Below are positions 19,104 through 30,292 of a stretch of DNA of 64,000 nt, one piece after another. Location of the stretch: NCBI GenBank assembly GCA_949290055.1, contig CASEQJ010000002.1:38010-102009 (forward strand), read 5' to 3'. The stretch's first letter is position 1. The number at the start of each line of letters is the position of its first letter. The translations under genes and the position numbers were made by a program. The stretch comes from an uncultured Olsenella sp. GTDB lineage: Bacteria; Actinomycetota; Coriobacteriia; Coriobacteriales; Atopobiaceae. A model generated the notes under the pieces. It did no database searches. It had not been told where the DNA came from and saw only the letters and a program-made list of their open reading frames with translations.

Positions 19104-19116
19104 CGAGGGGGAGCGC

Positions 19117-21471
19117 ATGAACCTGGACGAGCTGGAGATTGGCAAGGACGCAGTCGTGGCGTCGGTTGACTGCGACGAGGCGTCCCTGCGCCAGCACATC
19201 CTCGACATGGGCCTCACGCCCGGTGTGGAGGTCACGCTCATGAAGCGCGCCCCCATGGGCGACCCGATCGAGATCCGCCTGCGCGGCTACGAGCTCACGC
19301 TGCGCCGTGCCGACGCCGCGCACATCGCGCTCACCGACGTCCACGACATGCACGACCTTCCGCAGGGCCGCGAGCGCCTGGAGGCCTCCGATCACCCCGC
19401 CATTGGCGAGAAGTACGCACCGCGTGCGGCCGGCAAGGCGATTCCCGAGGGACGGCCGCTCAAGCTGGCGCTCGCCGGCAACCAGAACTGCGGCAAGACC
19501 ACGCTCTTCAACGCGCTCACGGGCTCAAACCAGCACGTGGGCAACTTCCCGGGCGTGACCGTTGACCGCAAGGACGGCCAGATCAAGGGCCATCCCGAGG
19601 CCACGGTCACCGACCTGCCGGGCATTTACTCGCTCTCCCCGTACACGAGCGAGGAGGTGGTGAGCCGCCGCTTCATTCTGGAGGACGACCCGGACGCGAT
19701 CATAGACATCGTGGACGCCACCAACATAGAGCGAAACCTCTACCTGACGCTGCAGCTCATGGAGCTGGACCGGCCCATGGTCCTGGCGCTCAACATGATG
19801 GACGAGCTCACGGCAAACGGCGGAACGGTGAGCGTGAACCGCCTGGAGGCCGCGCTCGGCATTCCCGTGGTGCCCATCTCCGCCGCGCGCGAGGAGGGCA
19901 TTTCCGAGCTCGTGGAGCACGTGCTGCACGTGGCGCGCTTCCGCGAGCACCCGGGGCGCGTGGACTTCTGCGCGGCGGACGGTCCGGACCATGGCGCCCT
20001 GCACCGCTGCATTCACGGTATCTGTCACATAATCGAGGACCACGCCGCTGCGGCCAACCTCCCGGTGCGCTTTGCGGCGACCAAGCTCATCGAGGGTGAC
20101 TCCCTCGTCATGCGCGCGCTGGGGCTGGACCAGAACGAGCTCGACGCGGTTGAGCACATAATCACGCAAATGGAGGACGAGTCCGGGCGCGACCGCCTGG
20201 CGGCCCTCGCGGACATGCGCTTCTCGTTCATAGAGGGTGTCTGCGCCGAGTGCGTGGTCAAGCCTCACGAGAGCCGCGAGCACGCGCGCTCGGTGGCCGC
20301 CGACCGCGTGCTCACGGGCAAGTACACCGCGATTCCTGTGTTCGTGGGTATAATGGCGCTCGTCTTCTGGCTTACCTTCGACGTGGTGGGCCAGCGGCTC
20401 TCCGACCTTCTCGCGCTGGGCATTGAGTGGGTGACGGCGCAGGTGGACGCCGCGCTCACGGCCTTTGGGCTCAACCCGGTGGTGCACAGCCTGGTCATAG
20501 ACGGCGTCTTTGCCGGCGTGGGAAGCGTGCTCTCCTTCCTGCCGATCATCGTGGTCCTCTTCATCCTGCTCTCGATTCTCGAGGACTCCGGATACATGGC
20601 GCGCGTGGCCTTTGTGATGGACAAGCTGCTGCGGCGCCTGGGCCTCTCCGGCCGCAGCTTCGTGCCCATGCTCATCGGCTTTGGCTGCAGCGTGCCCGCC
20701 ATCATGGCCACGCGTACCCTGCCCTCCGAGCACGACCGCAAGATGACGGTCATGCTCACGCCGTTCATGAGCTGCTCGGCAAAGGTGCCGGTCTACGCGC
20801 TCTTCTCGGCCGCGTTCTTCCCGGAGTGCGCGCCGCTCGTGATGATCGCCCTCTACCTCATGGGCATCGTGGTGGGCATTCTCGTGGCGCTCGTGCTCAA
20901 GGGGACGGCCTTCCGCGGCGACCCGGTGCCGTTCGTTATGGAGCTTCCCAACTACCGCATGCCCGCGCCGCGCACCGTGGCGCGCCTGGCCTGGGACAAG
21001 GCAAAGGGCTTTGCCACCAAGGCGTTCACGATCATATTCGTGGCGAGCGTGGTGATCTGGTTCCTGCAGACCTTCGACGTGCGCCTCAACGTGGTGTCCG
21101 ACCAGTCCGTCAGTATGCTCGCCGCACTGGGCGCCTTGCTGGCGCCGCTCTTCGCGCCGCTCGGCTTTGGCAACTGGCGCGCTGCGGCTGCCCTGGCGGC
21201 GGGCTTCGGTGCCAAGGAGAACGTGGTGGCCACGCTGACCGTCCTCATGGGCGGCTCCACGGCGGGGCTGCCGGAGCTCTTCTCGCCGCTCACGGCGTTT
21301 GCGTTTCTCACGTTCACGCTGCTCTACACGCCGTGCGTGGCCGCGGTGTCTGCGGTGAAGGCCGAGCTGGGTACGCGCATGATGTGGGCCGTGGTCGCCA
21401 TGCAATGCGGCGTGGCATGGGTCGTGGCGCTGGCGGTGCGCCTGGCGGGGATGGCCCTCGGCCTGGGCTAG
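19117..21471 (+). CDS. feoB: FeoA-FeoB fusion ferrous iron transporter
   Basis: 784 aa. N-terminal FeoA domain (LRQHILDMGLTPGVEVTLMKRAPMGDPIEIRLRGYELTLRRADA), then G domain GNQNCGKTTLFN / DLPGIYSL / NMMD, then a membrane domain. Confidence 0.95.
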   Translation: MNLDELEIGKDAVVASVDCDEASLRQHILDMGLTPGVEVTLMKRAPMGDPIEIRLRGYELTLRRADAAHIALTDVHDMHDLPQGRERLEASDHPAIGEKYAPRAAGKAIPEGRPLKLALAGNQNCGKTTLFNALTGSNQHVGNFPGVTVDRKDGQIKGHPEATVTDLPGIYSLSPYTSEEVVSRRFILEDDPDAIIDIVDATNIERNLYLTLQLMELDRPMVLALNMMDELTANGGTVSVNRLEAALGIPVVPISAAREEGISELVEHVLHVARFREHPGRVDFCAADGPDHGALHRCIHGICHIIEDHAAAANLPVRFAATKLIEGDSLVMRALGLDQNELDAVEHIITQMEDESGRDRLAALADMRFSFIEGVCAECVVKPHESREHARSVAADRVLTGKYTAIPVFVGIMALVFWLTFDVVGQRLSDLLALGIEWVTAQVDAALTAFGLNPVVHSLVIDGVFAGVGSVLSFLPIIVVLFILLSILEDSGYMARVAFVMDKLLRRLGLSGRSFVPMLIGFGCSVPAIMATRTLPSEHDRKMTVMLTPFMSCSAKVPVYALFSAAFFPECAPLVMIALYLMGIVVGILVALVLKGTAFRGDPVPFVMELPNYRMPAPRTVARLAWDKAKGFATKAFTIIFVASVVIWFLQTFDVRLNVVSDQSVSMLAALGALLAPLFAPLGFGNWRAAAALAAGFGAKENVVATLTVLMGGSTAGLPELFSPLTAFAFLTFTLLYTPCVAAVSAVKAELGTRMMWAVVAMQCGVAWVVALAVRLAGMALGLG

Positions 21472-21510
21472 GTGCGCCGTCGACTGCCCGTCCTTCTCGC
21501 CTGCCTTTGA

Positions 21511-21643
21511 GGTTTTGGGGCGAAAGTTTGATGAACAAGTTCTAGACCTTATGCAAAAGTACGGATGTCTTGGCTTGTGGCCCGCAAAACCATGAAATTG
21601 CGGGCAGCTGGTCGGCTGAAGATAAAACCTTTGCCCCAAAACC
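21511..21643. repeat. Intergenic element bracketed by ~16-nt terminal inverted repeats GGTTTTGGGGCGAAAG / CCTTTGCCCCAAAACC
   Basis: The arms are at 21511-21526 and 21628-21643, with an internal 8-bp hairpin GCCCGCAA...TTGCGGGC. The same arms recur at 42869-43023 around an unrelated interior. Confidence 0.75.
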
Positions 21644-21836
21644 ACGGGAGATGCCTCGAGGACGTCTCGCGCGGAAGCACGCGGAGCGCCAAAACACAAA
21701 ACCAGCCTAATCGTGGCATCGCGTCGCGCTCTCAGCCCCGACAAGAACGTCAAAACGGGTACACAAACCCCATGGGCGGCTTACCCGTCGCTGACCTTTG
21801 CGGCGTAGCGTTATGCTCCGGAAAGAAGGAGACGAC

Positions 21837-22586
21837 ATGGCAGACGAGAAGGACGACGTCCTCGGTACCACCTATCACCGCGGTCCCGTGATCCTGCGCG
21901 GGCCGATGATCCCCGAGAAGACCACCACGACCAACCTGCTGGAGCCGGAGGCAGACACCGACTGGCTACACATGGACCCCTGGCGCGTCCTGCGCATCCA
22001 GGCGGAGTTCGTGGACGGCTTTGGTGCGCTCGCTGAGCTGGGGCCGGCCGTGACCGTCTTTGGCTCCGCGCGCACGCCGCGCACGGACCCGATGTATCGT
22101 GCCGCGCGCCATGTGGGGCGCAAGCTGGCCGAGGCGGGCGTCGCCGTGATCACGGGCGGCGGCCCCGGAATCATGGAGGCTGCCAACTGCGGCGCGGCGC
22201 GCGCGGGCGGCAAGTCCGTGGGCCTGGGCATCGAGCTCCCGCACGAGCAGGACATCAACAAGTGGGTGAACCTGGGCATGACGTTCAGGTACTTCTTCGT
22301 GCGCAAGACGATGTTCGTGAAGTACTCGCGCGGCGCGATCATCTTCCCAGGCGGGTTTGGTACCCTTGACGAGGCCTTCGAGCTGCTCACGCTCGTGCAG
22401 ACGCACAAGGTGGCGCGCACGCCGGTGGTCCTCTTCGGCACCGAGTACTGGCGCGGCCTCATGGACTGGCTCGAGGGCACGGTGCTGGGGGAGGGTAACA
22501 TCTCGCCGCTCGACCCCGAGCTCATGGTCGTGACCGACGACGAGGACGAGGCCGTGCGCGTGGCGCTCTCGGAGCTGCGTCGCTAG
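21837..22586 (+). CDS. LOG family protein (TIGR00730-type nucleotide 5'-monophosphate nucleosidase)
   Basis: GGGPGIMEAAN and PGGFGTLDEAFE motifs. The start is taken at MADEKDD (21837). Confidence 0.85.
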   Translation: MADEKDDVLGTTYHRGPVILRGPMIPEKTTTTNLLEPEADTDWLHMDPWRVLRIQAEFVDGFGALAELGPAVTVFGSARTPRTDPMYRAARHVGRKLAEAGVAVITGGGPGIMEAANCGAARAGGKSVGLGIELPHEQDINKWVNLGMTFRYFFVRKTMFVKYSRGAIIFPGGFGTLDEAFELLTLVQTHKVARTPVVLFGTEYWRGLMDWLEGTVLGEGNISPLDPELMVVTDDEDEAVRVALSELRR

Positions 22587-22587
22587 C

Positions 22588-23307
22588 GTGGCACGCGAAG
22601 GGGGAGAGGTGGACGAGAAGGACGAGCGCTCGGCCCTGCGCCGTCGCCGGATGGCCGTCGTCGCGACCCTGCTCGCGGCACTCGCGCTGGTCGGCATTGC
22701 GTGCTGGCACGGCCTTCCCGAACTCTATGCCTGGCTCTCCGACGTCTCCGCGGTGCGCGCCCTCGTGGCGGAGCACCCCGTCCTCTCGAGGCTCGCGCTC
22801 GGCGCGGTGAACGCGCTCCAGATCATGTGCGCCTTCCTGCCGGGCGAGCCGGTGGAGCTGGCCTGCGGCTATGCCTTTGGCTTCTGGGAGGGCACGCTGG
22901 TCTGTCTCGTCGCGAGCGCCGTGGCCTCGGCCGCGATCTTCCTCGCGGTGCGTCGCTGGGGCTGGTCGCTCGTCGGGCTCTTCTTCGACCGCAGCCATCT
23001 CGAGCGCTTCGGCTGGCTCCATAACGCGCGGCGGCTCGAGCTCGTGATGCTCGTCGTGTTTCTCATCCCCGGCACGCCCAAGGACTTCCTCACCTACTTC
23101 GCCGGGCTGACGGAGGTTCGCTTCTGGCCCGTGCTCGCCATCACCACGCTCGGCCGCATTCCCTCGATCGTCACGTCGACGGTCGCGGCGTCCGCCTTCG
23201 GCGCCGGCAACTACGGTATGGCGGTGGGTGCTGTCGTGGTCGCCGTTGCGCTGGCGGCGGCGGGCGGCCTGCTCTACAAGCGTTTCGAGGGCATGGTGCG
23301 GGGATAG
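22588..23307 (+). CDS. TVP38/TMEM64 (DedA-related) family membrane protein
   Basis: Multi-TM protein with ...FLPGEPVELACGYAFG... and ...LIPGTPKDFLTYFAGLT... typical of the family. The start is uncertain (22588 GTG or Met at 22651). Confidence 0.7.
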   Translation: MAREGGEVDEKDERSALRRRRMAVVATLLAALALVGIACWHGLPELYAWLSDVSAVRALVAEHPVLSRLALGAVNALQIMCAFLPGEPVELACGYAFGFWEGTLVCLVASAVASAAIFLAVRRWGWSLVGLFFDRSHLERFGWLHNARRLELVMLVVFLIPGTPKDFLTYFAGLTEVRFWPVLAITTLGRIPSIVTSTVAASAFGAGNYGMAVGAVVVAVALAAAGGLLYKRFEGMVRG

Positions 23308-23317
23308 TCGCTCAGGG

Positions 23318-23572
23318 CTAGAACGTCGCCATGATCTTGCGGATGGCCTCCGCGGCAGTCGCCTCGTCGGGGCCGCTCACACGCACGACGATGTGCTCCC
23401 CGCAGCGAATCCCGAGCATCATGAGCTCCATGGGCTGCGAGACGCCGACGGAGCGCCCCGCGTGCTCGAGCGTCACGCTGCTGCGCCACCGCTGCGCCTC
23501 GCTGGCGAGCAGGACGGCGAGCTGGACGTGCAGACCCAGGGGGTCGGTGATGTCGCACGGAATCTCGAGCAT
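23318..23572 (-). CDS. HPr family phosphocarrier protein
   Basis: 84 aa. MLEIPCDITDPLGLHVQLA places His15 in the GLH context. The start at 23572 was derived from the long 23318..24274 ORF. Confidence 0.7.
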   Translation of the reverse strand: MLEIPCDITDPLGLHVQLAVLLASEAQRWRSSVTLEHAGRSVGVSQPMELMMLGIRCGEHIVVRVSGPDEATAAEAIRKIMATF

Positions 23573-23716
23573 GGCTTCCTCTCGGGGGTCGAGGTGGGTG
23601 CCAACTTCATAAACCTTACGTTCGCGCACGTCAAGCGGCACGCTGAACTCGCCGAGCGCGCGTGGCGCTCTCGGCGGACGGTAGCGCTTGGCCGGTGGGC
23701 GCGCTACGATGGCCCC

Positions 23717-24229
23717 ATGGCTGACTACCAGCACATATCCCACGGCTTTGAGCCGGTCTTCGACGAGCACAGCCGCGTGCTCGTGCTCGGCTCGTTCCCC
23801 TCGGCACTCTCTCGCGAGAATCGCTTCTACTACGGCAACCCGCGCAACCGCTTCTGGCGCGTGATGGCAAACGTGCTGGGGGAGCGCGAGCCCGCGGTGG
23901 ACGACATCGCCGCCAAGCGGGCGATGCTGCTGCGGCACGGCATCGCGCTCTGGGACGTGATCGAGAGCTGCGACGTGCGCGGCTCCTCGGATGCCTCCAT
24001 TCGCAACGTGGTGCCCGCGGACGTGGCGAGAATAACGGCGGTGGCGCCGATTCGTGTCGTGCTCTGCAATGGCGGCACGGCGGCGCGTCTGTATCGCCGC
24101 TGGCTGGAGCCTGTGACGGGGCTGACCGCGGAGACGCTGCCCTCGACGAGTCCGGCGAACGCCGCCTGGTCCGCGGAGCGGCTCGCTGAGCGCTGGGGCG
24201 AGGTTCTTCTCGCCGCGCTTGGGGGCTAG
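23717..24229 (+). CDS. DNA-deoxyinosine (hypoxanthine) glycosylase, UDG superfamily
   Basis: MADYQHISHGFEPVFDEHSRVLVLGSFPSALSRENRFYYGNPRNRFWRVMA matches the family N-terminus. Length is ~170 aa. Confidence 0.75.
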   Translation: MADYQHISHGFEPVFDEHSRVLVLGSFPSALSRENRFYYGNPRNRFWRVMANVLGEREPAVDDIAAKRAMLLRHGIALWDVIESCDVRGSSDASIRNVVPADVARITAVAPIRVVLCNGGTAARLYRRWLEPVTGLTAETLPSTSPANAAWSAERLAERWGEVLLAALGG

Positions 24230-24408
24230 GCCCCGACCCCCTCTACCGGAGACCAAGAATCCCGACTTACGCACGGAGCAAGCTCGTTACCTGATCGCGT
24301 AATTCGGGATTCTTGTCCAATTGACCATCTTTCCCGACTCACGCGCTTTTGGAGCCGAGAAGGACATCGCGCAAGTTGAGATTCTTGGCAGGGAATAGGA
24401 ATGCGCGG

Positions 24409-25362
24409 CTACGCGCCGAGAAGCGCCTCGACGTCTGCGCGCTCCGGCATCGCGGGGATGGCGCCGCGCTTGCGGACGCAGAGGGACGCCACCGCGTTGC
24501 CGAGGCGCGCGAAGCCCGCGGCGTCCTCGCAGGTGACGTCGTCGGCCGCCTTGCCGCTCTCGCAGAAGCCCGCGAGGAAGCCGCCCCAGAAGGAGTCGCC
24601 GGCGCCCGTGGCGTCTACGGCGTCCGCGGGGAAGCCCGGCACCTCGACGCCGCCGTCGGCGCAGCGCACGTACGCGCCGCCCGCGCCGAGCGTCACGGCC
24701 ACGACCTTGGGGCCCTGGGCCAGAAGCGCGGCCGCCGCGGCCTCGGGGTCGTCAAGGCCGGTGAGCAGCCCGCACTCCTCGTCGGAGAGCTTCATGAGGT
24801 CCATCTGCGGCACTACGGCGCGCATCTGCTCCACGGCGGCCTCGACGCTTGGCCAGAGGTTCGCGCGGTAGTTGGGGTCGTACGAGAGGGTGCAGCCGGC
24901 CTCGCGCGCGCAGGCGAGCGCGGCGAGCGTGGCGGAGCGGGCCGGCTCGTCGGTGAGCGAGAGCGAGCCCACGTGGAAGACGCGCGAGGCGGCGATCACG
25001 TCGCGCGCGATCTCGTCCGCGGCGATGCGGGTGTCCGCGCCGGGCTTGCGGGCGAAGGAGAACTCGCGCTCGCCGTCCGCGGAGAGGGCCACGAAGGCGA
25101 GGGTGGTGAAGGCGTCCGGGTCGCTGATCAGGCCCGTGGTGTCGATGCCGTTGGCCTCGAGCGTGGCGCGCAGGAACTCGCCGTGCATGTCGCAGCCCAC
25201 CTTGCCGAGAAACGCCGTCTTGTGGCCGAGCTTCTCCAGGGCCACGAGCACGTTGGCGGGCGCGCCGCCGGCGTTGCGCTCGAACAGCTGCTGGCCGCCC
25301 TCGGACGTGCCGGCGTCGGTGAAGTCGATGAGGAGCTCTCCCAGTGCGCTGACAGAGAACAT
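24409..25362 (-). CDS. PfkB-family carbohydrate kinase (fructokinase-like)
   Basis: MFSVSALGELLIDFT... and the C-terminal DATGAGDSFWGGFL motif. A GAAAGGA SD precedes ATG 25362. Confidence 0.85.
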   Translation of the reverse strand: MFSVSALGELLIDFTDAGTSEGGQQLFERNAGGAPANVLVALEKLGHKTAFLGKVGCDMHGEFLRATLEANGIDTTGLISDPDAFTTLAFVALSADGEREFSFARKPGADTRIAADEIARDVIAASRVFHVGSLSLTDEPARSATLAALACAREAGCTLSYDPNYRANLWPSVEAAVEQMRAVVPQMDLMKLSDEECGLLTGLDDPEAAAAALLAQGPKVVAVTLGAGGAYVRCADGGVEVPGFPADAVDATGAGDSFWGGFLAGFCESGKAADDVTCEDAAGFARLGNAVASLCVRKRGAIPAMPERADVEALLGA

Positions 25363-25561
25363 GTTGGATCCTTTCGTTTGCGGAATCGATTCCATGCCCA
25401 TTATCGCCCGTCGGGAAAGCCCGTGCCACCTGCCTCGCGCCCTTCTCGGCCAACGGCGGCGCGCGCGGCGCGGGGAGCGCCGCCGGGGCGGGGCCACCCA
25501 CAGAAGGGCCCCGCCGGTGGGGGAGACCGGGGGGCCAGGAGGGGATGGACGCGCCAGGAGG

Positions 25562-27484
25562 CTAGCGCGTCACGCGGATGATCGGGCTGCCGGCGGTGAC
25601 GGGACCGTCCTCGCGCGGCTGGACGGAGGCGAAGTCGTCGGTGTTGGTCACGATGACGAAGACCGTGTCCTGCTTTCCCGCCGCGGCGACCTTGGCCTTG
25701 GAGAAGGTCACGATGGGGTCTCCCGCCGTCACGCGGGCGTCCTGCTGGACGTGGCAGGTCAGGCCGTCACCGGCCATCTCCACCGTGTCGATGCCCACGT
25801 GCACGAGTACCTCGGAGCCGTCGTCGGCGAGGATGCCCACGGCGTGCGGCATGGCGGAGAGCACGGTGCCGGAGACCGGCGAGAAGACCGTCTCCTCGGC
25901 GGGGCTCACGGCGACGCCGGCGCCCATCGCCCCGGAGGAGAACACGGGGTCGGCGGTCTCGGAGAGCTGGACCACGGAGCCGGTGACGGGGGAGCAGACG
26001 GTGCCGCGCTCGTACTCGGTCTGGACGGGCGCGAGCTCGGGCGCGCCCTCCTCGGCATCAGGCCGGTAGGTGACGAACTCGACGACGAAGGCCAGGACCG
26101 CCGAGACGAGCGAGGCGACGATCGCGAAGACCATGTGGGAGATCCCGGCGCCGCCGGGGGTCTCGTCGATGAAGTTGAGCAGGTTGAAGACGCCGAGCCC
26201 GCCCGAGATGTACATGAGGGCGCCCGTCATCCCCACGATGGCGCCGCCCACGGCGGAGCTCAGGCACGCCACGACGAACGCGCGCTTGTTGGGGAGGGCG
26301 ACGCCGTAGATGCCCGGCTCGGTGACGCCGAAGAAGAACGCGGAGATCATCGCGGGGAGGGCGATGCCGCGGAAGCGCTCGTCCCTGTTCCTGAGGTACA
26401 TGGCGAAGATGACCGCGCCGAGCGCGAACCCGTGCCCGATGGTGGCGGCGAGCACGTAGTCGTGGCCGAGGGTGTTCAGGTTCATGATGGAGATGGGGAT
26501 GAGGCTCCAGTGGAAGCCAAAGATGACGAGGCACATCCAGAGCCCGCCGACCAGGGCGCTGCCCAGGACCGCGCCCACCACGGGGAGCTGGAAGATGAAC
26601 GAGAACGCCGCGCTCAGCAGGTTGGTGATGAGGGTGGCCACCGGGCCGATGACGAGGTAGCCCAGGACGATGGAGACCGTCATCGTGGCGAGCGGGACGA
26701 GGAACATCTTGAGCGCCGCCGGCATCCAGCCCTTGAGCCAGCGCTCCACGAGCGAGCCGAACCACACCATGAGAAGGACGGGAATCACCGAGCTCGCGTA
26801 GCCCGAGGCGGGCATGATGATGGGGATCCCGAGGGCGGTCGCGTACCACGAGAACGTGCCGGCGACGCCGAGGTCGATGCTGCCGAGGACCTCGCCCGAG
26901 GTCAGGGCGACCATCGTCGGGTAGACGAGCGCCACGCCTATCGCCACGCCGGTGAACTCGTTCATGCGGAACTTGCGTGCGGCGCTGAACGCCAGGGCGA
27001 CGGGGAGGAAGTAGAAGAAGCCGTCCGCCACGGTGTAGAGCAGCGTGTAGAGGCCGTCGTTGGCAAAGTCCGGGACGAAGTAGGTGAAGAGGGCGAGAAG
27101 CCCCTTCATGATGCCCGCGGCGGCGAGCGGTCCCAGGATGGGCTGGAAGATGCCCGAGATGAGGTCGATGATGACCGACGCCACGGTCTTCTCGCCCTCA
27201 GGCTCGTCCTCGGCGGCGCTGCCGCCGCCCGCAAGCCCGCCGGCCTCCAGGACCGCGTCGTAGACGTCCTCCACGATGTTGCCCACGACCACCTGGTACT
27301 GGCCGTTGGCCTGGATGACCTGGATGACGCCCTTCAGGGCCTCGATCTTGGGCGTGTTGGCGCGCGACTCGTCCTTGAGCTTGAAGCGCACGCGCGTGAT
27401 GCAGTGCGCGACGCTCGTGACGTTCTCGGCGCCGCCCACGTTCTCGAGTATGGATCTGGCCAGGTCGTCGTATTTTTCAGCCAT
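25562..27484 (-). CDS. PTS beta-glucoside-family transporter EIIBCA
   Basis: EIIB Cys context SVAHCITRVRF, a polytopic EIIC, and a C-terminal EIIA with HVGIDTVEMAGDG. Confidence 0.9.
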   Translation of the reverse strand: MAEKYDDLARSILENVGGAENVTSVAHCITRVRFKLKDESRANTPKIEALKGVIQVIQANGQYQVVVGNIVEDVYDAVLEAGGLAGGGSAAEDEPEGEKTVASVIIDLISGIFQPILGPLAAAGIMKGLLALFTYFVPDFANDGLYTLLYTVADGFFYFLPVALAFSAARKFRMNEFTGVAIGVALVYPTMVALTSGEVLGSIDLGVAGTFSWYATALGIPIIMPASGYASSVIPVLLMVWFGSLVERWLKGWMPAALKMFLVPLATMTVSIVLGYLVIGPVATLITNLLSAAFSFIFQLPVVGAVLGSALVGGLWMCLVIFGFHWSLIPISIMNLNTLGHDYVLAATIGHGFALGAVIFAMYLRNRDERFRGIALPAMISAFFFGVTEPGIYGVALPNKRAFVVACLSSAVGGAIVGMTGALMYISGGLGVFNLLNFIDETPGGAGISHMVFAIVASLVSAVLAFVVEFVTYRPDAEEGAPELAPVQTEYERGTVCSPVTGSVVQLSETADPVFSSGAMGAGVAVSPAEETVFSPVSGTVLSAMPHAVGILADDGSEVLVHVGIDTVEMAGDGLTCHVQQDARVTAGDPIVTFSKAKVAAAGKQDTVFVIVTNTDDFASVQPREDGPVTAGSPIIRVTR

Positions 27485-27515
27485 TATTTTCTCCTTAGTG
27501 ATATTGCCCGGGCGG

Positions 27516-29072
<1,557 letters not shown>

Positions 29073-30056
29073 CTAGCTGGCTGCCTGGCCCGCGGCGGCG
29101 CGACGGGCCGCCCTGCCGCCGAGCAGGGAGGGCAGCTGCGCCAGGCACACGCCGGCGAGGATGATGGCGACGCCCAGCCACTCGACGACGCCGAGCGGCT
29201 CGCCGAGGACGATCATGGCGATGAGCAGGCCGGCGGGGAGCTCCGCAGCGGCCATGACGGTGGAGAGGCCCGCGGGCAGGTGCGGGGAGCCCATGCCGAA
29301 GAGCAGGACCGGGCAGAGCAGGCCGAAGAACCCGGCGATGACGGCAAAGGGGAGGATGCCCTGGACGAGGACGCCCGAGACCAGGTAGTCGGGGCAGACC
29401 GTGAGCGACATGACCACGGAGCCCGCGCACACGATGACGCCGCGCTGCTCGCTGGAGCAGGGGGCCTCGACCTTGCCGGAGAGGGTGACGAAGAGGGAGC
29501 AGGACACGGCCGCCCCCAGCGCGCAGAGCAGGGCCACGGGGTCGTACCCGGCGATGCCGGTCTTGTAGACGCCGCTCGCGAAGACCGTTCCGAAGACGAT
29601 GACCAGGGCGGAGACGACTTGGACGGCCTTGGGCGGCCGGCGCGTCATGATGGTCTGCCACACGAGCCCGAGCCACGTGAACTGGAAGAGCAGCGTGAGC
29701 GCCACCGGGGCGGGCAGCACGCTCATGGCGTAGCAGTAGAGGATCGAGGTGAGGCAGGTGAGGGCTCCCAGGCCCATGAGCTTGAGCGCGAGCCTCCAGC
29801 CCACGTGCTGCCAGCGGTGGCCGAGCGCGCGCCCCGCGAGCGTGGCGAGGGCGAAGAAGAGGCAGCCGAACCACGCCTGGCTCGCCACCACCTGCGCCGA
29901 GGTGAAGCCCGCGGCGTAGGCGAGCTTGTACGTCGTGGCCATGGCGCCGTAGCAGGCGCCTCCCGCGAACACCTGAAGTGCCGCCTTGGCCTGCCCGGAG
30001 GCCGCGGCGCCCTGCGTCCCGGCAGCCTGCCGCTCGATCGTCGTCTCTGCCATCAT
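29073..30056 (-). CDS. EamA/DMT family transporter
   Basis: ~10-TM hydrophobic protein with two similar halves. The start is taken at MMAETT (30056). Confidence 0.7.
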   Translation of the reverse strand: MMAETTIERQAAGTQGAAASGQAKAALQVFAGGACYGAMATTYKLAYAAGFTSAQVVASQAWFGCLFFALATLAGRALGHRWQHVGWRLALKLMGLGALTCLTSILYCYAMSVLPAPVALTLLFQFTWLGLVWQTIMTRRPPKAVQVVSALVIVFGTVFASGVYKTGIAGYDPVALLCALGAAVSCSLFVTLSGKVEAPCSSEQRGVIVCAGSVVMSLTVCPDYLVSGVLVQGILPFAVIAGFFGLLCPVLLFGMGSPHLPAGLSTVMAAAELPAGLLIAMIVLGEPLGVVEWLGVAIILAGVCLAQLPSLLGGRAARRAAAGQAAS

Positions 30057-30292
30057 GCTCCCTTCCGCCCGCCTGAGCGGGCACACGTGTCGTGCGTCTG
30101 CCTCTCGCAGTCGGAAGGTGGGGTTCGTCCGGCCCTGCCGCGGTGCTCTCGGCACCAAAAACCACGCAACCGACTACTCGGTTGCGTGGCGAAAAGGTGG
30201 CTAGCGCCCAGAAAAGTCCACGCGTTTTTAGACGCGGACAGCGTACTACGGCGGCGTGGCGACGTCAAGGGGCTGAAGAAAAAAACTCCCTG

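Noticed and set aside
23318-23572. Orphan HPr-like gene as something unusual.
   Set aside because: His15 context is intact, and the gene lies close to two PTS operons and a fructokinase. An ordinary, or paralogous, phosphocarrier is the simplest explanation.
24349-25581. 410-aa plus-strand ORF over the fructokinase locus.
   Set aside because: It is antisense to a clear PfkB kinase (GAGDSF motif) and has Gly/Ala/Arg/Glu low-complexity composition.
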